Below the pieces are notes generated by a model that saw only the letters and a list, made by a program, of their open reading frames with translations, was not told where the DNA came from and made no database searches. Of a DNA stretch of 64,000 nucleotides, positions 30,191-40,509 are shown piece after piece. The stretch's first letter is position 1. Every line of letters begins with the position of its first letter. Location: the IMG/VR virus record IMGVR_UViG_3300023174_000122, positions 21,344 to 85,343 of that record. One strand, written 5' to 3'. The DNA comes from a virus. A program made the translations under genes and the position numbers.

Positions 30191-30987
30191 ATCTTTTTTA
30201 TTCTTTCTATAAGCTCAAATATCTTAGCTTTAGGAATATCATTTAATGAGTTTATTTTTTCAGCATTTTCGAAATTTTCTTTAATTAATTTAATTTTTAA
30301 ATTATCAAACGATATATTCTTTTGTTTCATTATTTTTTCTAAAAGATTAAGCGGAGAAGTAGGGTTTTCTTGAACTTTGTTAGCCTCTTCTAGAAGTTTA
30401 GCGTCTCCAAGTTCTTCTTGAGAAACTATATTAATCTTAAGAAAATTACGTACACATCTTACAAACGCTCTATTCTCAGCAATCGCCGCTAAAAAGAATC
30501 TTGCAAAACTTTTTGTATTATTAACTGTCGCATCAGCTAGTGATTCAAAAATAATTTCATTACCATTTGTTTCGTAATTAGGCGACCAAGTAATCCTACA
30601 GCTTGTAGCAAAATATGTATCTGTGGCAGACACTACATTATATTCTACTTTTGTATAACCACGAATTTGAGCTAATTCTTTAATTCCACCCAAAAGGATA
30701 AGAAGGTCTTTATCTTCTAGTTTAGATACATCTGTTTCTTGAGTCTTTTGACGGTTATTGACGAGATACTCTGTTTTAACCATTTTACGCCAATTTATTG
30801 TACCATCATCATTATATACATAATTGATGCTCTTATCTTCTATTAAGCCGTACTTATTTCTAGAAATTAATTTGGGTGGTACTACTGAAGCTTCTTCGAC
30901 TTTAGATGTTATATGAATAGTGTCACTATTAAGGTCAGAACTATTAGCTGAAACTGTATTTTCCTGAGATTTAATTTTAGGGCTCAT
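30187..30987 (-). CDS. Possible Rad52/Sak-like single-strand annealing protein
   Basis: The ADA...AENRAFVRCVRNFL.I helix resembles Rad52-fold phage SSAPs. This is inference. Confidence 0.45.
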   Translation of the reverse strand: MSPKIKSQENTVSANSSDLNSDTIHITSKVEEASVVPPKLISRNKYGLIEDKSINYVYNDDGTINWRKMVKTEYLVNNRQKTQETDVSKLEDKDLLILLGGIKELAQIRGYTKVEYNVVSATDTYFATSCRITWSPNYETNGNEIIFESLADATVNNTKSFARFFLAAIAENRAFVRCVRNFLKINIVSQEELGDAKLLEEANKVQENPTSPLNLLEKIMKQKNISFDNLKIKLIKENFENAEKINSLNDIPKAKIFELIERIKKI

Positions 30988-30993
30988 TCTAAG

Positions 30994-31022
30994 ATGATAC
31001 CCTGTCTTTAACTTTTTGTCAA
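30994..31022 (-). promoter_or_regulatory. Sigma70 promoter, leaderless
   Basis: TTGACA-N17-TATCAT-N6-ATG(30987). Confidence 0.75.
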
Positions 31023-32198
31023 GTCCATAGAAAATATATAAAATTTATTTGGGTTCTCATTTATTATTTTAATATCATAAAATTCTTGAACATTTTCATT
31101 GATATTTTTAATAGGTTTATTATCGAAAAATGCTTTTTCACTTAAGAAAACTTGACCTTTACTTAATATAAGATTATTAGATTTATAAAATATATTTTTA
31201 TTTGGTTGTAGGGTTATTTTTTCTTCTATCTCTTTGTGCTTTAAAGGAACCTGTATAATTATTCCTTCGTCTATATATGCCATTTTATATTTATTTAAAT
31301 CATCTTTTTCTAGGTATGAATATAATTGATATTTTATATTTAATCTCTTGAGGTCTTTAATGAAGCTTGCACTAGATTCATCTTGGATAAAGTAATTAAC
31401 GCCGAGAATTGCGGCTTTGTTCTGTTTTAAGATATCCAAATCAATAGGCCGATCAGAGGATATAATGCATGGCATTAATTTGAGTTGTTGATTTAAATTT
31501 TTCTCATCAAAAAATAAATCCATTCTAACTACGCCTTGATTTACTGTTTGAGTACGCTCTACAACATGATCAGGTACGATATGAAAAATTTTATTATTAA
31601 ATAATCTACCAAGATAAATAGTATTAATCAATGAAAGTTTATTCTTTATATTTAGAGTTTTTAAAATGCTCTGTGCAATTAGTTCTGGTTTAATATTATT
31701 AATAGCCCTTGGATTTTCGTCAGCTGAATAACTTGGTTTGCTACCATTTCTTTCTGGTTCTAATAAGATCATATCTTCTTCTTTAGTCCAATAAGGTTTT
31801 ACATTAGCTATATTGTTATTACTGTAAACTGCTACTATTTTTTTTCCATATCCAGATGCAATATGAGCTCCAAAGCTATCTGCTCCTACGTGCATTAATG
31901 AATTTTTAATAATATATGCTACTTGTTTGATGTTCGTTTGACCAACTACACTATAGCAATTTTGTAAAATAGGCTCTTTATCTGCGCCAATTTGGACTAT
32001 GGTTATATTATTTTCTCTTAAATGAGGCAAAATTAAATCAACAACTTCTTGCCAATATTCATAATTTTTAGAATTAAATTTGCTATACGGCTGTAAACAT
32101 ATATATTTTTCAAGAGCCAACGGAAAATAAGATTCCAATATAAATGGCTTTCCTATTTTTAATCCAGAAGATGTAGCGTATGATTCTATTAGGTGCAT
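31008..32198 (-). CDS. Glycosyltransferase, GT9 (heptosyltransferase)-like
   Basis: KNYEYWQEV, IVQIG and HVGADSFGAHIASGYGKKIVAVY match the GT9 C-terminal motif. Confidence 0.75.
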   Translation of the reverse strand: MHLIESYATSSGLKIGKPFILESYFPLALEKYICLQPYSKFNSKNYEYWQEVVDLILPHLRENNITIVQIGADKEPILQNCYSVVGQTNIKQVAYIIKNSLMHVGADSFGAHIASGYGKKIVAVYSNNNIANVKPYWTKEEDMILLEPERNGSKPSYSADENPRAINNIKPELIAQSILKTLNIKNKLSLINTIYLGRLFNNKIFHIVPDHVVERTQTVNQGVVRMDLFFDEKNLNQQLKLMPCIISSDRPIDLDILKQNKAAILGVNYFIQDESSASFIKDLKRLNIKYQLYSYLEKDDLNKYKMAYIDEGIIIQVPLKHKEIEEKITLQPNKNIFYKSNNLILSKGQVFLSEKAFFDNKPIKNINENVQEFYDIKIINENPNKFYIFSMDLTKS

Positions 32199-32201
32199 AA
32201 A

Positions 32202-32843
32202 TTAATGAAAATTTTCTCCATATTTAGGTAAAAATGCATGTCTTATTTCTATATTTGGTTCTACTATGATTCTATGTCCAAGAGCTCTAACTTTCTCAAA
32301 AAAAGATACATGATCTAATCTTTTGTCATTAATATCATATATTACTTTTTTATGTAAATGCGCTGGAACGATAAAACATGTGCCTACTGAATGAATCTCA
32401 GTTTTAACATCTCCATTGGATTTATTATAGGGTGGTTTAAAATCAAATTTAATTCCATTAGAATCTATAAAACCATCAATATCATAAAATCTTTTCCAAG
32501 GCCACCAATCATTATCTTCTATATAAACATATGGGGCAACTACTTCTGTCGTTGAAATAGATAACAATTTTTCAATTATATCAAATGGATATTCGACTAT
32601 ATCTGAATCCATCCAAAAAACATGAGTGTAATCATCAGTAAGATTTTCTTCTATTATTTTATTTCTTAATCTAATCAACTTAGCATATCTATGTTCATTA
32701 CCTTCAATATACCCATCATATACGGCTCGATGCTTGTTCTCGAATGTTAAATTATTAAATATATTCTCCGCATTTTGCTTCCAAATAAACCATGCTCCTT
32801 TTGGAGAGATGAGTTGTGGAACAAGCACTTTAATTTCATTCAT
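32202..32843 (-). CDS. GT-A glycosyltransferase, Anp1/Mnn9 (GT62)-like
   Basis: YTHVFWMDSDIVEYPFDIIEKL..VVAP..FYDIDGF..IHSVG, containing a DxD motif. Confidence 0.65.
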   Translation of the reverse strand: MNEIKVLVPQLISPKGAWFIWKQNAENIFNNLTFENKHRAVYDGYIEGNEHRYAKLIRLRNKIIEENLTDDYTHVFWMDSDIVEYPFDIIEKLLSISTTEVVAPYVYIEDNDWWPWKRFYDIDGFIDSNGIKFDFKPPYNKSNGDVKTEIHSVGTCFIVPAHLHKKVIYDINDKRLDHVSFFEKVRALGHRIIVEPNIEIRHAFLPKYGENFH

Positions 32844-34752
32844 CTTTTAAATCGAAAGCTATATTTGTTTTACCATTATGTTGATAATTAAACATTCTTT
32901 GAGTTCCAATGTGTGGTAAAAATGCAATTTCAAAATATCCTTTATGATCTCCAATGCCCTCTAGCCATAATAATTGATCCATTTGTGGTATATATTGAAT
33001 GACTTTATCTACAAAAGGATTGCCTTCTAATATTGAAAAATATTGAGGGTTAGTAGCGACATATAATTTTTTATTTGGATATTGCTTTTTAATTGAAGAA
33101 AACAAACTAGTAGAGATGTATATGTCTCCTATTGACTCTGGCATAACATATAAAACTCTATCTTCTGGTTTTTCTGGACCTAATATTTCTTCAAAACTAA
33201 TTTTTTTATTTTTTTCATTTTCTTGAGCTGCAATTTTTCTGAAATAATTTTCAATATCGTTACGTTTTGCGCCTTTAGCTATTTGTTCAATCCAATACTT
33301 ATGACCATCATCATTGTGATCTACATGACTCATTTTAAGTATATTATTATACATGCAAGTTAGCCATTCTGCATCATCTTTAATTTCTGGTATTTGGAAA
33401 TATGGATCTCTTTGCTCCTCTTTTGCGGAAAAATCATAGTTTGTTTCTGGAGCACTATCAATAAAATCTTCTATAAATTTACCAACAGTTTCAACGGAGA
33501 AATGCTCTATAGTCCACTCTCGGGCTTTTTTGCCCATCTCTTTCTTTTTTAGAGATGGCATATTGTATACTTTATGTATTTGTTTCGCTATTGAAGATGG
33601 TTTAGTAGAAGCTTTTTTAAATTCTGTCCCATGCTCTCTATACTCTGTCCAATCAAGAGCTAAAGACTGAGCATCATCTTCGCACATTTCTTGCCCACAA
33701 CTATAGTCTGTAACTAAAGTTATAAGTTCTGTTAATTTAGCCTCTTGAATAGGAATTTCTTGACCTCCACTAGTAAATGGATGACAATATACATCCATCA
33801 AATTATATACTTCATTTAATTGCTCTTCTGTAATTCCTAAACCTACGTTTGTAGTGATTTGAGATTTTTCGCTACCGCAGAATCTACAATTAACTTCTTG
33901 CCCATGGAATGGTTTAATTTCATAGTCACCACAACTTCTGCATATATAAGTTGTTAGTATTTCCTTTAGGTCAATTCCATATTCTTGAGCTAATCTATGT
34001 ATATTCCATCCTTCTCCCCAATGAGTGTGCAAAAGAAGATATGTATTTTTAATCTTAGGATTCTGTTGTTTCCAAAGAGCATATCCTTCTAAAAGATTTG
34101 GTACGCTTTTTCTAAGCTGGTTTCTAAATACGAAACCAACTATGAATGCGTCTAATGGAATGTTGTTCTTTTTTCTGAGTTCTTCTTTTTTATGATTCTC
34201 TAGCCTATAAAAGTTTTTTGTTTCAATCGGTCCGTGTACAGTTTTAACATGTTTATGCCCTAGATCGTGCATTGCTTTTGTAGCAAAATTACTCCAAATC
34301 CAATAATTTTTAATTTTATCTGCTTTGGTAAGCGCAGATGGTAGAATAGGTAAAGAGTCTAAAGTCGTCCATAATACCGAAGGGATTTTATTAAACCATT
34401 TTTTATCTACTGAAAAATCAATACCCCAAATATCTTGCACGGCTATATAAATATCAGGTTTTTCTTCCTGCATTACTTTATCTAAGTAATGTGCGCCATA
34501 ACTAGCTAACCTAGCTACATTAGGGTCTTTATTTAATTCTTGTAATTCTTGTTGCGAATTAGGTAATGATCCTACGCTTTTCCATGGGGTTCTTTCAAAT
34601 TCTGGATGATGATAAGGTAATCCACAAGAATAATGCACTATGTCATATTTACCCGTATTATATAAATACGATAATAAAGCTTTCGCTGCCCTGCCAAATC
34701 CAGTTTTAGCTAAACTAAAATCAGATTGATATAGTAGTTTCTTTTTTTTCAT
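32836..34752 (-). CDS. Glycosyltransferase GT4 with a C-terminal GT9-like domain
   Basis: TGFGR, RNQLRKSVPNL and VYNLMDVYCHPFTSGGQEIPIQEAK; C-terminal SIGDIY...ILEGNPFVD. Confidence 0.8.
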   Translation of the reverse strand: MKKKKLLYQSDFSLAKTGFGRAAKALLSYLYNTGKYDIVHYSCGLPYHHPEFERTPWKSVGSLPNSQQELQELNKDPNVARLASYGAHYLDKVMQEEKPDIYIAVQDIWGIDFSVDKKWFNKIPSVLWTTLDSLPILPSALTKADKIKNYWIWSNFATKAMHDLGHKHVKTVHGPIETKNFYRLENHKKEELRKKNNIPLDAFIVGFVFRNQLRKSVPNLLEGYALWKQQNPKIKNTYLLLHTHWGEGWNIHRLAQEYGIDLKEILTTYICRSCGDYEIKPFHGQEVNCRFCGSEKSQITTNVGLGITEEQLNEVYNLMDVYCHPFTSGGQEIPIQEAKLTELITLVTDYSCGQEMCEDDAQSLALDWTEYREHGTEFKKASTKPSSIAKQIHKVYNMPSLKKKEMGKKAREWTIEHFSVETVGKFIEDFIDSAPETNYDFSAKEEQRDPYFQIPEIKDDAEWLTCMYNNILKMSHVDHNDDGHKYWIEQIAKGAKRNDIENYFRKIAAQENEKNKKISFEEILGPEKPEDRVLYVMPESIGDIYISTSLFSSIKKQYPNKKLYVATNPQYFSILEGNPFVDKVIQYIPQMDQLLWLEGIGDHKGYFEIAFLPHIGTQRMFNYQHNGKTNIAFDLKDE

Positions 34753-34756
34753 TCTA

Positions 34757-35302
34757 CTACCAAAGATCGCTATCGTCTTTGGGGGTCAAATTTTCAGGTG
34801 CAGACTCTCCTTCTTTTTTATTTTTTAATTTCTTAATAGACTCTATTCTCTGAGATTCAAATACAGAAGTTAAAGAATATGATAGGAACTCTTTTAAAAG
34901 GCGAGCCTCATTGAAATAAAAGCCAATTAAATATGATTGTTTGTTTTCACTATTTTGCTTATCTTCTTTATTAACTGCGTAAGAAAATCCAACTTGTTTT
35001 TCATCTCTCATGTATGGACATAATTTAATTCTAGTAGTCTGCTTCTCTGAAGTATGATACGCTGAAAACTCTGTATTTCTTTCAATAGCGTCTAACATAC
35101 CAGCTGTTTCAGTTAAAGAGAATTTAACTTTAACGCTTTTATTTGGATTATTTTGATTTTCCGAAAATGAACCGATTTTCTTTGCCTCATTCCAAGAGGA
35201 TTGTTTAATTAATGAGCCCCAAATTGAGGCATCTTTTGGATTTACTGTGAAGCTGCAAGCAGTTCCACTATTTTTACTATTAGGTTTGTAGAATGATATC
35301 AT
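34757..35302 (-). CDS. Possible Whirly/PC4-fold ssDNA-binding protein
   Basis: FYKP...ACSF beta-strands with a twice-repeated beta-beta-helix ending in xxxE (KFSLTET, GFYFNEA) and an acidic tail. It sits beside DNA polymerase. This is inference. Confidence 0.4.
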   Translation of the reverse strand: MISFYKPNSKNSGTACSFTVNPKDASIWGSLIKQSSWNEAKKIGSFSENQNNPNKSVKVKFSLTETAGMLDAIERNTEFSAYHTSEKQTTRIKLCPYMRDEKQVGFSYAVNKEDKQNSENKQSYLIGFYFNEARLLKEFLSYSLTSVFESQRIESIKKLKNKKEGESAPENLTPKDDSDLW

Positions 35303-35308
35303 ATAAAG

Positions 35309-35337
35309 ATATTATCTTGAATATGAAACAATGTCAA
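35309..35337 (-). promoter_or_regulatory. Sigma70 promoter, leaderless
   Basis: TTGACA-N17-TAATAT-N6-ATG(35302). Confidence 0.7.
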
Positions 35338-37928
35338 CTATTTTTATCAATCTTTTTTAAATCATTTAATTTCATATATATTTCATGATCTTGGATAGCT
35401 ATTAAATCACCAAATATACAATCGTCTCTTTTAGAACCTTTAACTATCACGATGTTTCCTTCTTCAAAATTCCTATCATTTAATAATTTGTTAGTCTCAA
35501 TATTATCGTTGAATATTAATACACTAATTGTGCTTGTTTCATCTGATATCTTTAGTCTAACATATCTTGTCTTTTTTGTATTTTTAGATATGCCAGAGAA
35601 CACTTCTTCTATTTGCCCAACGAATGCTACTTTAGAGTTTACTGGTTCATCTAATACATCAGATACATATTTAAGATTTTCTCTTTTCTCAGCAAAAATA
35701 TCTTTTAAATTTTTATTGTAAGTATATCCTAGAAGCTTCTTTTCGTAATACCAATTAGCAAAACTTTCGCTTTTGTTATTTTGTTCATATATACTTAAGT
35801 ATGGAGTATACTTTTCTTTGATCGTCTCTAGTCTATTATCTTTAATTACTACTTTATTTTTCTCATCTGTGAACTTATTAAGATGTTTAATAATTTTAAC
35901 TAAATCATAATCAAATTTGTTTGCAAAAGATATGGCATATTTTTTCTCCTTAGAAGTCAACATATTCCACAATTGAACTTCTAATACTATTTTACTTCTT
36001 GATTGATTGAATCCACTAAGTGCTCCAGCTTGAATTAATGCAGATAATGCTCCGATATTTAATCCAGCCTCTTCTGCCGCTTCAAATATTTCAAATTTAT
36101 TAGAGTATTTGTTTCTGAAGCTATTTAATTTTTCTATTGATTTGTCACTAATTCCTTTGATTGATAATAAACCAAATCTAATATCTTTATCCTCTATGGA
36201 GAAGTCCATTTCTGATTTAATAATATGCGGAGGAAGAAGTTTGATTCCGAAGTTATGCATTTCTTTTTGGATCTTAGATATTTCACCAATTGGATCTGGC
36301 TCATTCCTGCTCATCTTTAACAAAGATAAAAAGAATTGTTGAGGATAATTAAACTTAAGATAAATTGTGATTGCTGCTAGTCCAGCGTAAGCTATAGAAT
36401 GTGATTTATTAAATGAGTAGTTGGCAGAATCTTCTAGAATCTTCCATAGAATTTCGCCAACTTCTTTTGGAATTTTATTTTCTTTGCACTTTTGCTCAAT
36501 CTTTTGTTGCCAAGCTTTGATCTCTTCAGTTTTCTTTTTGCCTACAATTCTTCTTAAGATTTCTGCTTCATCTAAAGTAAACCCAATCTTATGAGCCATT
36601 TTCATTAATTGTTCTTGATATAAAGCAACTCCGCCAGTCTCTTTTAAAATTTCATCAAAGAACGGATGAATACTTTCTGATTGTTGATAATTTGTATGAG
36701 CTGCATATTTATCTACGAATTGAAGTGCTCCAGGTCTAGCCAAAGCAAGAACACCACTAAGCTCTTCTAGATTTTTTGGTTTAACTTTTTGACATACTCT
36801 GAAATTAGTTTCTGCTTCAATTTGAAATAAACCATGTGGGGATTTTAACTCTTGTAAATTTCTATAAATAGATTCATGATTTAAATCAATATCTTCTATT
36901 TTTATGTTAATGCTCTTGCAAACATTATCTACCACAGAAACGCTTCTTAAACCAAGAATATCTAACTTTATATTAAAAACGCTTGCCCAATTCATATCAA
37001 AACTAGATACCACTTCTTTATCTGAGGAAAATTCTGTTGGACATATAGTTTCTAGATCATAATATGAAAGCAGTACTCCAGAAGGATGCACTCCTTTGTT
37101 CTTAATCAAATCTCTTAATTTAAGAGCGATTTGGTAAGCTTCTTTATTTTCATCACACCAATCTTTAAACTGCTCAACTTCTACATAAGCTTCTGAAATA
37201 TCTTTTACTTGACCATAGGTTTTAGGAATTAAAGAAGAGATCATTGTCATTTCCTGCTCTGGTTTTTCAGCAACGATTTTACCGCACTCTTTAATAAGCA
37301 ATTTTCCACTTAAGCTATTAAAGGTTAATATTTTACTAGTTTTGCCTTTGAATTTATTTTCAAGATATTGGAGTACTTTTTGACGATTATAATAACAAAT
37401 ATCTAAATCTACGTCACACATCAAACTACCATCTAGATACGTTACTCCATCAACAACCTGCTTTTTAGCACGAATCTTGGATATAAATCTTTCAAAATAC
37501 AGGTCATACTTGACTGGATCGATTCTGGTAACGCCTACTAAATACAATATCAAAGATCCAGCGGCAGAACCTCTGCCTAAACCTACTGGAATATCGCTGG
37601 TTTTACAAAAATGGATAACATCCCATACCAATAATATATAATCAATAAACCCTAACTCTTTTAGGGTATCTAATTCGTGCTTTGCTCTATCAATATACTT
37701 CTTGTAATCCTTATGGGATTTATCGATATTTAAAGTTTTAAACCCATTTAATGCTAAAGCTCTTAAAAAATGATAATTGGATGAATCCTCGCTAATGCCT
37801 AAATGTCTTTTAGAGGCTAGATCAATTTCAAACTCAGGTAATCTTACTCCATGAATATCTAGTTCTGTATCTTCGAATTTATCTGAAAATTCTTTGATAT
37901 CGGAATAATTATGAGTCTTCATTTTCAT
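35334..37928 (-). CDS. dnaE: DNA polymerase III alpha subunit, polymerase core lacking the PHP domain
   Basis: GLGRGSAAGSL, FERF, DVDLD, HPSGV, KLDILGL, RPG, YQEQ, YSFNKSH, RFGLLSIKG and a C-terminal OB fold. The start is probably ATG 37928 or 37922. Confidence 0.95.
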   Translation of the reverse strand: MKMKTHNYSDIKEFSDKFEDTELDIHGVRLPEFEIDLASKRHLGISEDSSNYHFLRALALNGFKTLNIDKSHKDYKKYIDRAKHELDTLKELGFIDYILLVWDVIHFCKTSDIPVGLGRGSAAGSLILYLVGVTRIDPVKYDLYFERFISKIRAKKQVVDGVTYLDGSLMCDVDLDICYYNRQKVLQYLENKFKGKTSKILTFNSLSGKLLIKECGKIVAEKPEQEMTMISSLIPKTYGQVKDISEAYVEVEQFKDWCDENKEAYQIALKLRDLIKNKGVHPSGVLLSYYDLETICPTEFSSDKEVVSSFDMNWASVFNIKLDILGLRSVSVVDNVCKSINIKIEDIDLNHESIYRNLQELKSPHGLFQIEAETNFRVCQKVKPKNLEELSGVLALARPGALQFVDKYAAHTNYQQSESIHPFFDEILKETGGVALYQEQLMKMAHKIGFTLDEAEILRRIVGKKKTEEIKAWQQKIEQKCKENKIPKEVGEILWKILEDSANYSFNKSHSIAYAGLAAITIYLKFNYPQQFFLSLLKMSRNEPDPIGEISKIQKEMHNFGIKLLPPHIIKSEMDFSIEDKDIRFGLLSIKGISDKSIEKLNSFRNKYSNKFEIFEAAEEAGLNIGALSALIQAGALSGFNQSRSKIVLEVQLWNMLTSKEKKYAISFANKFDYDLVKIIKHLNKFTDEKNKVVIKDNRLETIKEKYTPYLSIYEQNNKSESFANWYYEKKLLGYTYNKNLKDIFAEKRENLKYVSDVLDEPVNSKVAFVGQIEEVFSGISKNTKKTRYVRLKISDETSTISVLIFNDNIETNKLLNDRNFEEGNIVIVKGSKRDDCIFGDLIAIQDHEIYMKLNDLKKIDKNS

Positions 37929-38139
37929 CTTCCTCTTGCTCTTTTTCAATTTTATCTATTTCTTCGTTAAAAACGTGCAAGCCTTTTGCTAGGATTTTCA
38001 TAGAGGCTCGATCTTTTAAACTATAAAAGACATCTGCTTTGCCCTTCTTCTTACCCTTTTCTATTGTTATAAGAAGATACTCTATACCATGATCTTCTAA
38101 ATTCTGTATGGTATCATAAACATTATCTAATGAGCCCAT
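37909..38139 (-). CDS. Hypothetical protein
   Basis: 76-aa ORF filling the gap within the replication operon. Confidence 0.6.
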   Translation of the reverse strand: MGSLDNVYDTIQNLEDHGIEYLLITIEKGKKKGKADVFYSLKDRASMKILAKGLHVFNEEIDKIEKEQEEDENEDS

Positions 38140-38140
38140 T

Positions 38141-38779
38141 TTATACCTCTATCTGCCATTTTAATTTGTTCCAAACTTTTAAATTCAAATCAAGATCATT
38201 TATTGCATCGTGAAGACTTTCATAATCATGCTCTATGCCATTCTCTTTACCCAAAAAGGTCAAAGAGCTTTTAACGTTTTTCTTTCTGGTATTAAGAATT
38301 TTATATTGATATTCAAGTAAATCATCTTTAGGCGTATAAATAGAATTATACTTAATGCCTCTTGCTACGGCATTAGTATCTATGATTTTATTCATTAAGC
38401 CTTTCCAATTCGATTGCATAGTTTTATAATATTCTTTTATAAGATAAATGTCAAATCCTAAAATATTATGTCCAATTATATAATCTGCATTATCGAGCCA
38501 ATCTTTTATAGTAGGAAATACTTCTTTTGGATCAAATCCTTCTTTCTGAACTTTTCTATGATCATATCTTGTGATCCTCGCAGCATCTTCACTTATCTTC
38601 AAATCTGTATCCCATTTTAAATAGAAATTTTTCTGGTCTATCTTCTTGTCACCTTTAACTTTTATCATTGCTATTTGCCAAGGAATATTGTGACAAAAAT
38701 TAAGGCAAAGATTAAATGTTTCGCAATCTATAAAAACTATAGTCTTATCCTTATCGTATCTTAAAAGATGCTCGTCCAT
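38141..38779 (-). CDS. dnaQ: DEDDh 3'-5' exonuclease (Pol III epsilon-like)
   Basis: FIDCET, IIGHNILGFD, IDT and HDAINDL motifs. Confidence 0.85.
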   Translation of the reverse strand: MDEHLLRYDKDKTIVFIDCETFNLCLNFCHNIPWQIAMIKVKGDKKIDQKNFYLKWDTDLKISEDAARITRYDHRKVQKEGFDPKEVFPTIKDWLDNADYIIGHNILGFDIYLIKEYYKTMQSNWKGLMNKIIDTNAVARGIKYNSIYTPKDDLLEYQYKILNTRKKNVKSSLTFLGKENGIEHDYESLHDAINDLDLNLKVWNKLKWQIEV

Positions 38780-39526
38780 TTAACTCCTTTTATTAATGCT
38801 TTCAAAACAAAATTCATTACTTGACATATGATCTAAATTAGGTTTGTTTAAAATGCTTCTATTGTTAATGCACCTAAAAGTTAGGTAAGCTTTAAAATCT
38901 TCTCTTGAATTATAAAAAATGCTTTGTGCTTTATATATTTTTAGATCATTTTTTTCTGCAAAAGATAAAGCCCTTTGTTTTACTAGCGAATCAAATGGTA
39001 GATCATTATCTTCTATAAAGAATATAGGCTTCGTAAAATCAAACTGAGGAATACAAAGACTATTCTTAAGAGTATTATTAAATATAAAAGAATCATAAAA
39101 AGGTATACATAAAATTAAATCATCAGTCCAATTTTTAGAAATTGTTTCATAATCCAATCTTGGTTCATAATAAAAACCTTCTTTTGATGCGATGCTGTAA
39201 AGCTTTGTTAACCGCTGGTATCCTTCTTTATTTTTAAAAAATAAAATAATCTTTGAAGATTTGGTCTTTGACTCTTCGGATTTATCGCTCATTGATTCGG
39301 TAACAGATATTCTTAATCCATAATTTAATTTGATATTATTTTTACGACAATTAGAATAAGCTTCAAGAAATGAAGACATGTTATCTTCTACTAGATAAAG
39401 CTCTTTCATTTTGTTTTGTTTACAGATTTGGATAATAGAATCTGGATAATCATCTTTTTCGTCTTTATCTTCAAGTGTCAAAATAGACCTACCCAAAGAA
39501 TAGTGAGATTTAAACAGCGGTATCAT
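38780..39526 (-). CDS. Stand-alone PHP domain of DNA polymerase III alpha (degenerate metal ligands)
   Basis: KSHYSLGRSIL, IKLNYGL, NKEGYQRLTKLYS.A..EGFYYEPRLD align by eye with the DnaE N-terminus. Confidence 0.85.
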   Translation of the reverse strand: MIPLFKSHYSLGRSILTLEDKDEKDDYPDSIIQICKQNKMKELYLVEDNMSSFLEAYSNCRKNNIKLNYGLRISVTESMSDKSEESKTKSSKIILFFKNKEGYQRLTKLYSIASKEGFYYEPRLDYETISKNWTDDLILCIPFYDSFIFNNTLKNSLCIPQFDFTKPIFFIEDNDLPFDSLVKQRALSFAEKNDLKIYKAQSIFYNSREDFKAYLTFRCINNRSILNKPNLDHMSSNEFCFESINKRS

Positions 39527-39533
39527 TTATATT

Positions 39534-39562
39534 AGGTTAACAGCAATTTTATAAAAAATCAA
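39534..39562 (-). promoter_or_regulatory. Sigma70-type promoter, leaderless
   Basis: TTGATT-N17-TAACCT-N7-ATG(39526). Confidence 0.5.
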
Positions 39563-40509
39563 TCTAAAAAATTATCTTTCTTTGGGCTGCCTTGTTCGTT
39601 ATTAAATTTTGGGCATCCTTCGTACTTTCTTGTTTCTATTTTAAATCCATCAATATTTTTAAAATCATTATTTAAGCTGGTTTCTATGACCTCTCCACCT
39701 TGATTTATTTTAACATAATAATCATAAGAAGCTTTATATGGGCAGACCCAAGATCCTATACCACACATCCATTTATTCTTTGGACTATCTACTGCAAAAT
39801 TAGCCCTTGCGCTTTCTTCATCAAAATTATTTATATATTCATTAATATGCTCTAAGTAATATTCAAAACCTTTGATCTGTTCGTCATTAAATGAAAGCTC
39901 TTGAGTAGGCTTTTTGGGAAATCTAAGGAAAAGGAATTTAACTATGGGTTTTAATTTAGGCCAAAGCTTTTTGCTTGCTAGACTATACATCATCGCTTGG
40001 ATATTGGCTTCAAGCTCATCTCCTCGGAATTTATATTTGGAGCTCTTGTAGTCGATTATATGCATTTCTTTTTTGATTTTAATGGGCTTATCCATAAACC
40101 CACGAATATGATATTTAGGTTGGTCATTTTGAATATTAAAGGCATACTCTGGTTTCACTATCTTTCCATTTTCCCCAAAGAAATCTTCTTTAAGTCCGAC
40201 TAGAATCATTTCATCTAATAGTTCATAATTGGATTCAGCCAGACCCACTTTCAAGGATAATTTTTTAACTAATTTAGATATGCCTTTGCTACCATTAATT
40301 GCATTATTTTTAATTATGATATCATAATGTCTTTTATGTCTTTCTTTTAATAGTAATTCAAAAACTGTATGACAAATCGTACCTCTCAAAGCTCCTTCAT
40401 TCTGAGCTTGAGGAATTTTATCATGATAATTGTTCCAGTAAACCCAAGAACATGTTTCAAGGGTTTTTATTCTAGAGGCTGATAAAACTTTTAAAGCGCT
40501 TTTTTCCAT
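39559..40509 (-). CDS. PD-(D/E)XK nuclease (RecB/AddB/Cas4-like exonuclease)
   Basis: LSASRIKTLETC, GTICH, RGFMD, IIDYKS, QAMMY and a C-terminal Cys cluster. Confidence 0.85.
   Translation of the reverse strand: MEKSALKVLSASRIKTLETCSWVYWNNYHDKIPQAQNEGALRGTICHTVFELLLKERHKRHYDIIIKNNAINGSKGISKLVKKLSLKVGLAESNYELLDEMILVGLKEDFFGENGKIVKPEYAFNIQNDQPKYHIRGFMDKPIKIKKEMHIIDYKSSKYKFRGDELEANIQAMMYSLASKKLWPKLKPIVKFLFLRFPKKPTQELSFNDEQIKGFEYYLEHINEYINNFDEESARANFAVDSPKNKWMCGIGSWVCPYKASYDYYVKINQGGEVIETSLNNDFKNIDGFKIETRKYEGCPKFNNEQGSPKKDNFLD

Noticed and set aside
30180-30200. Terminator at the convergence of the two transcription blocks
   Set aside because: The stop codons overlap and no GC stem with a U-tract is visible.
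27029-32631. Intragenic GTGTAA/TTACAC hexamers (27029-27034, 32626-32631)
   Set aside because: They lie inside genes and antisense to them, and a hexamer is expected by chance in AT-rich DNA.
35334-39526. Split intein joining the DnaE halves
   Set aside because: There is no N-intein block after the PHP and no HN-[C/S/T] C-intein before the polymerase. The break lies at a domain boundary.
39559-40509. Cas4 as part of a CRISPR-Cas system
   Set aside because: No other cas genes or array are present. The replication-cluster context is typical of stand-alone phage exonucleases.
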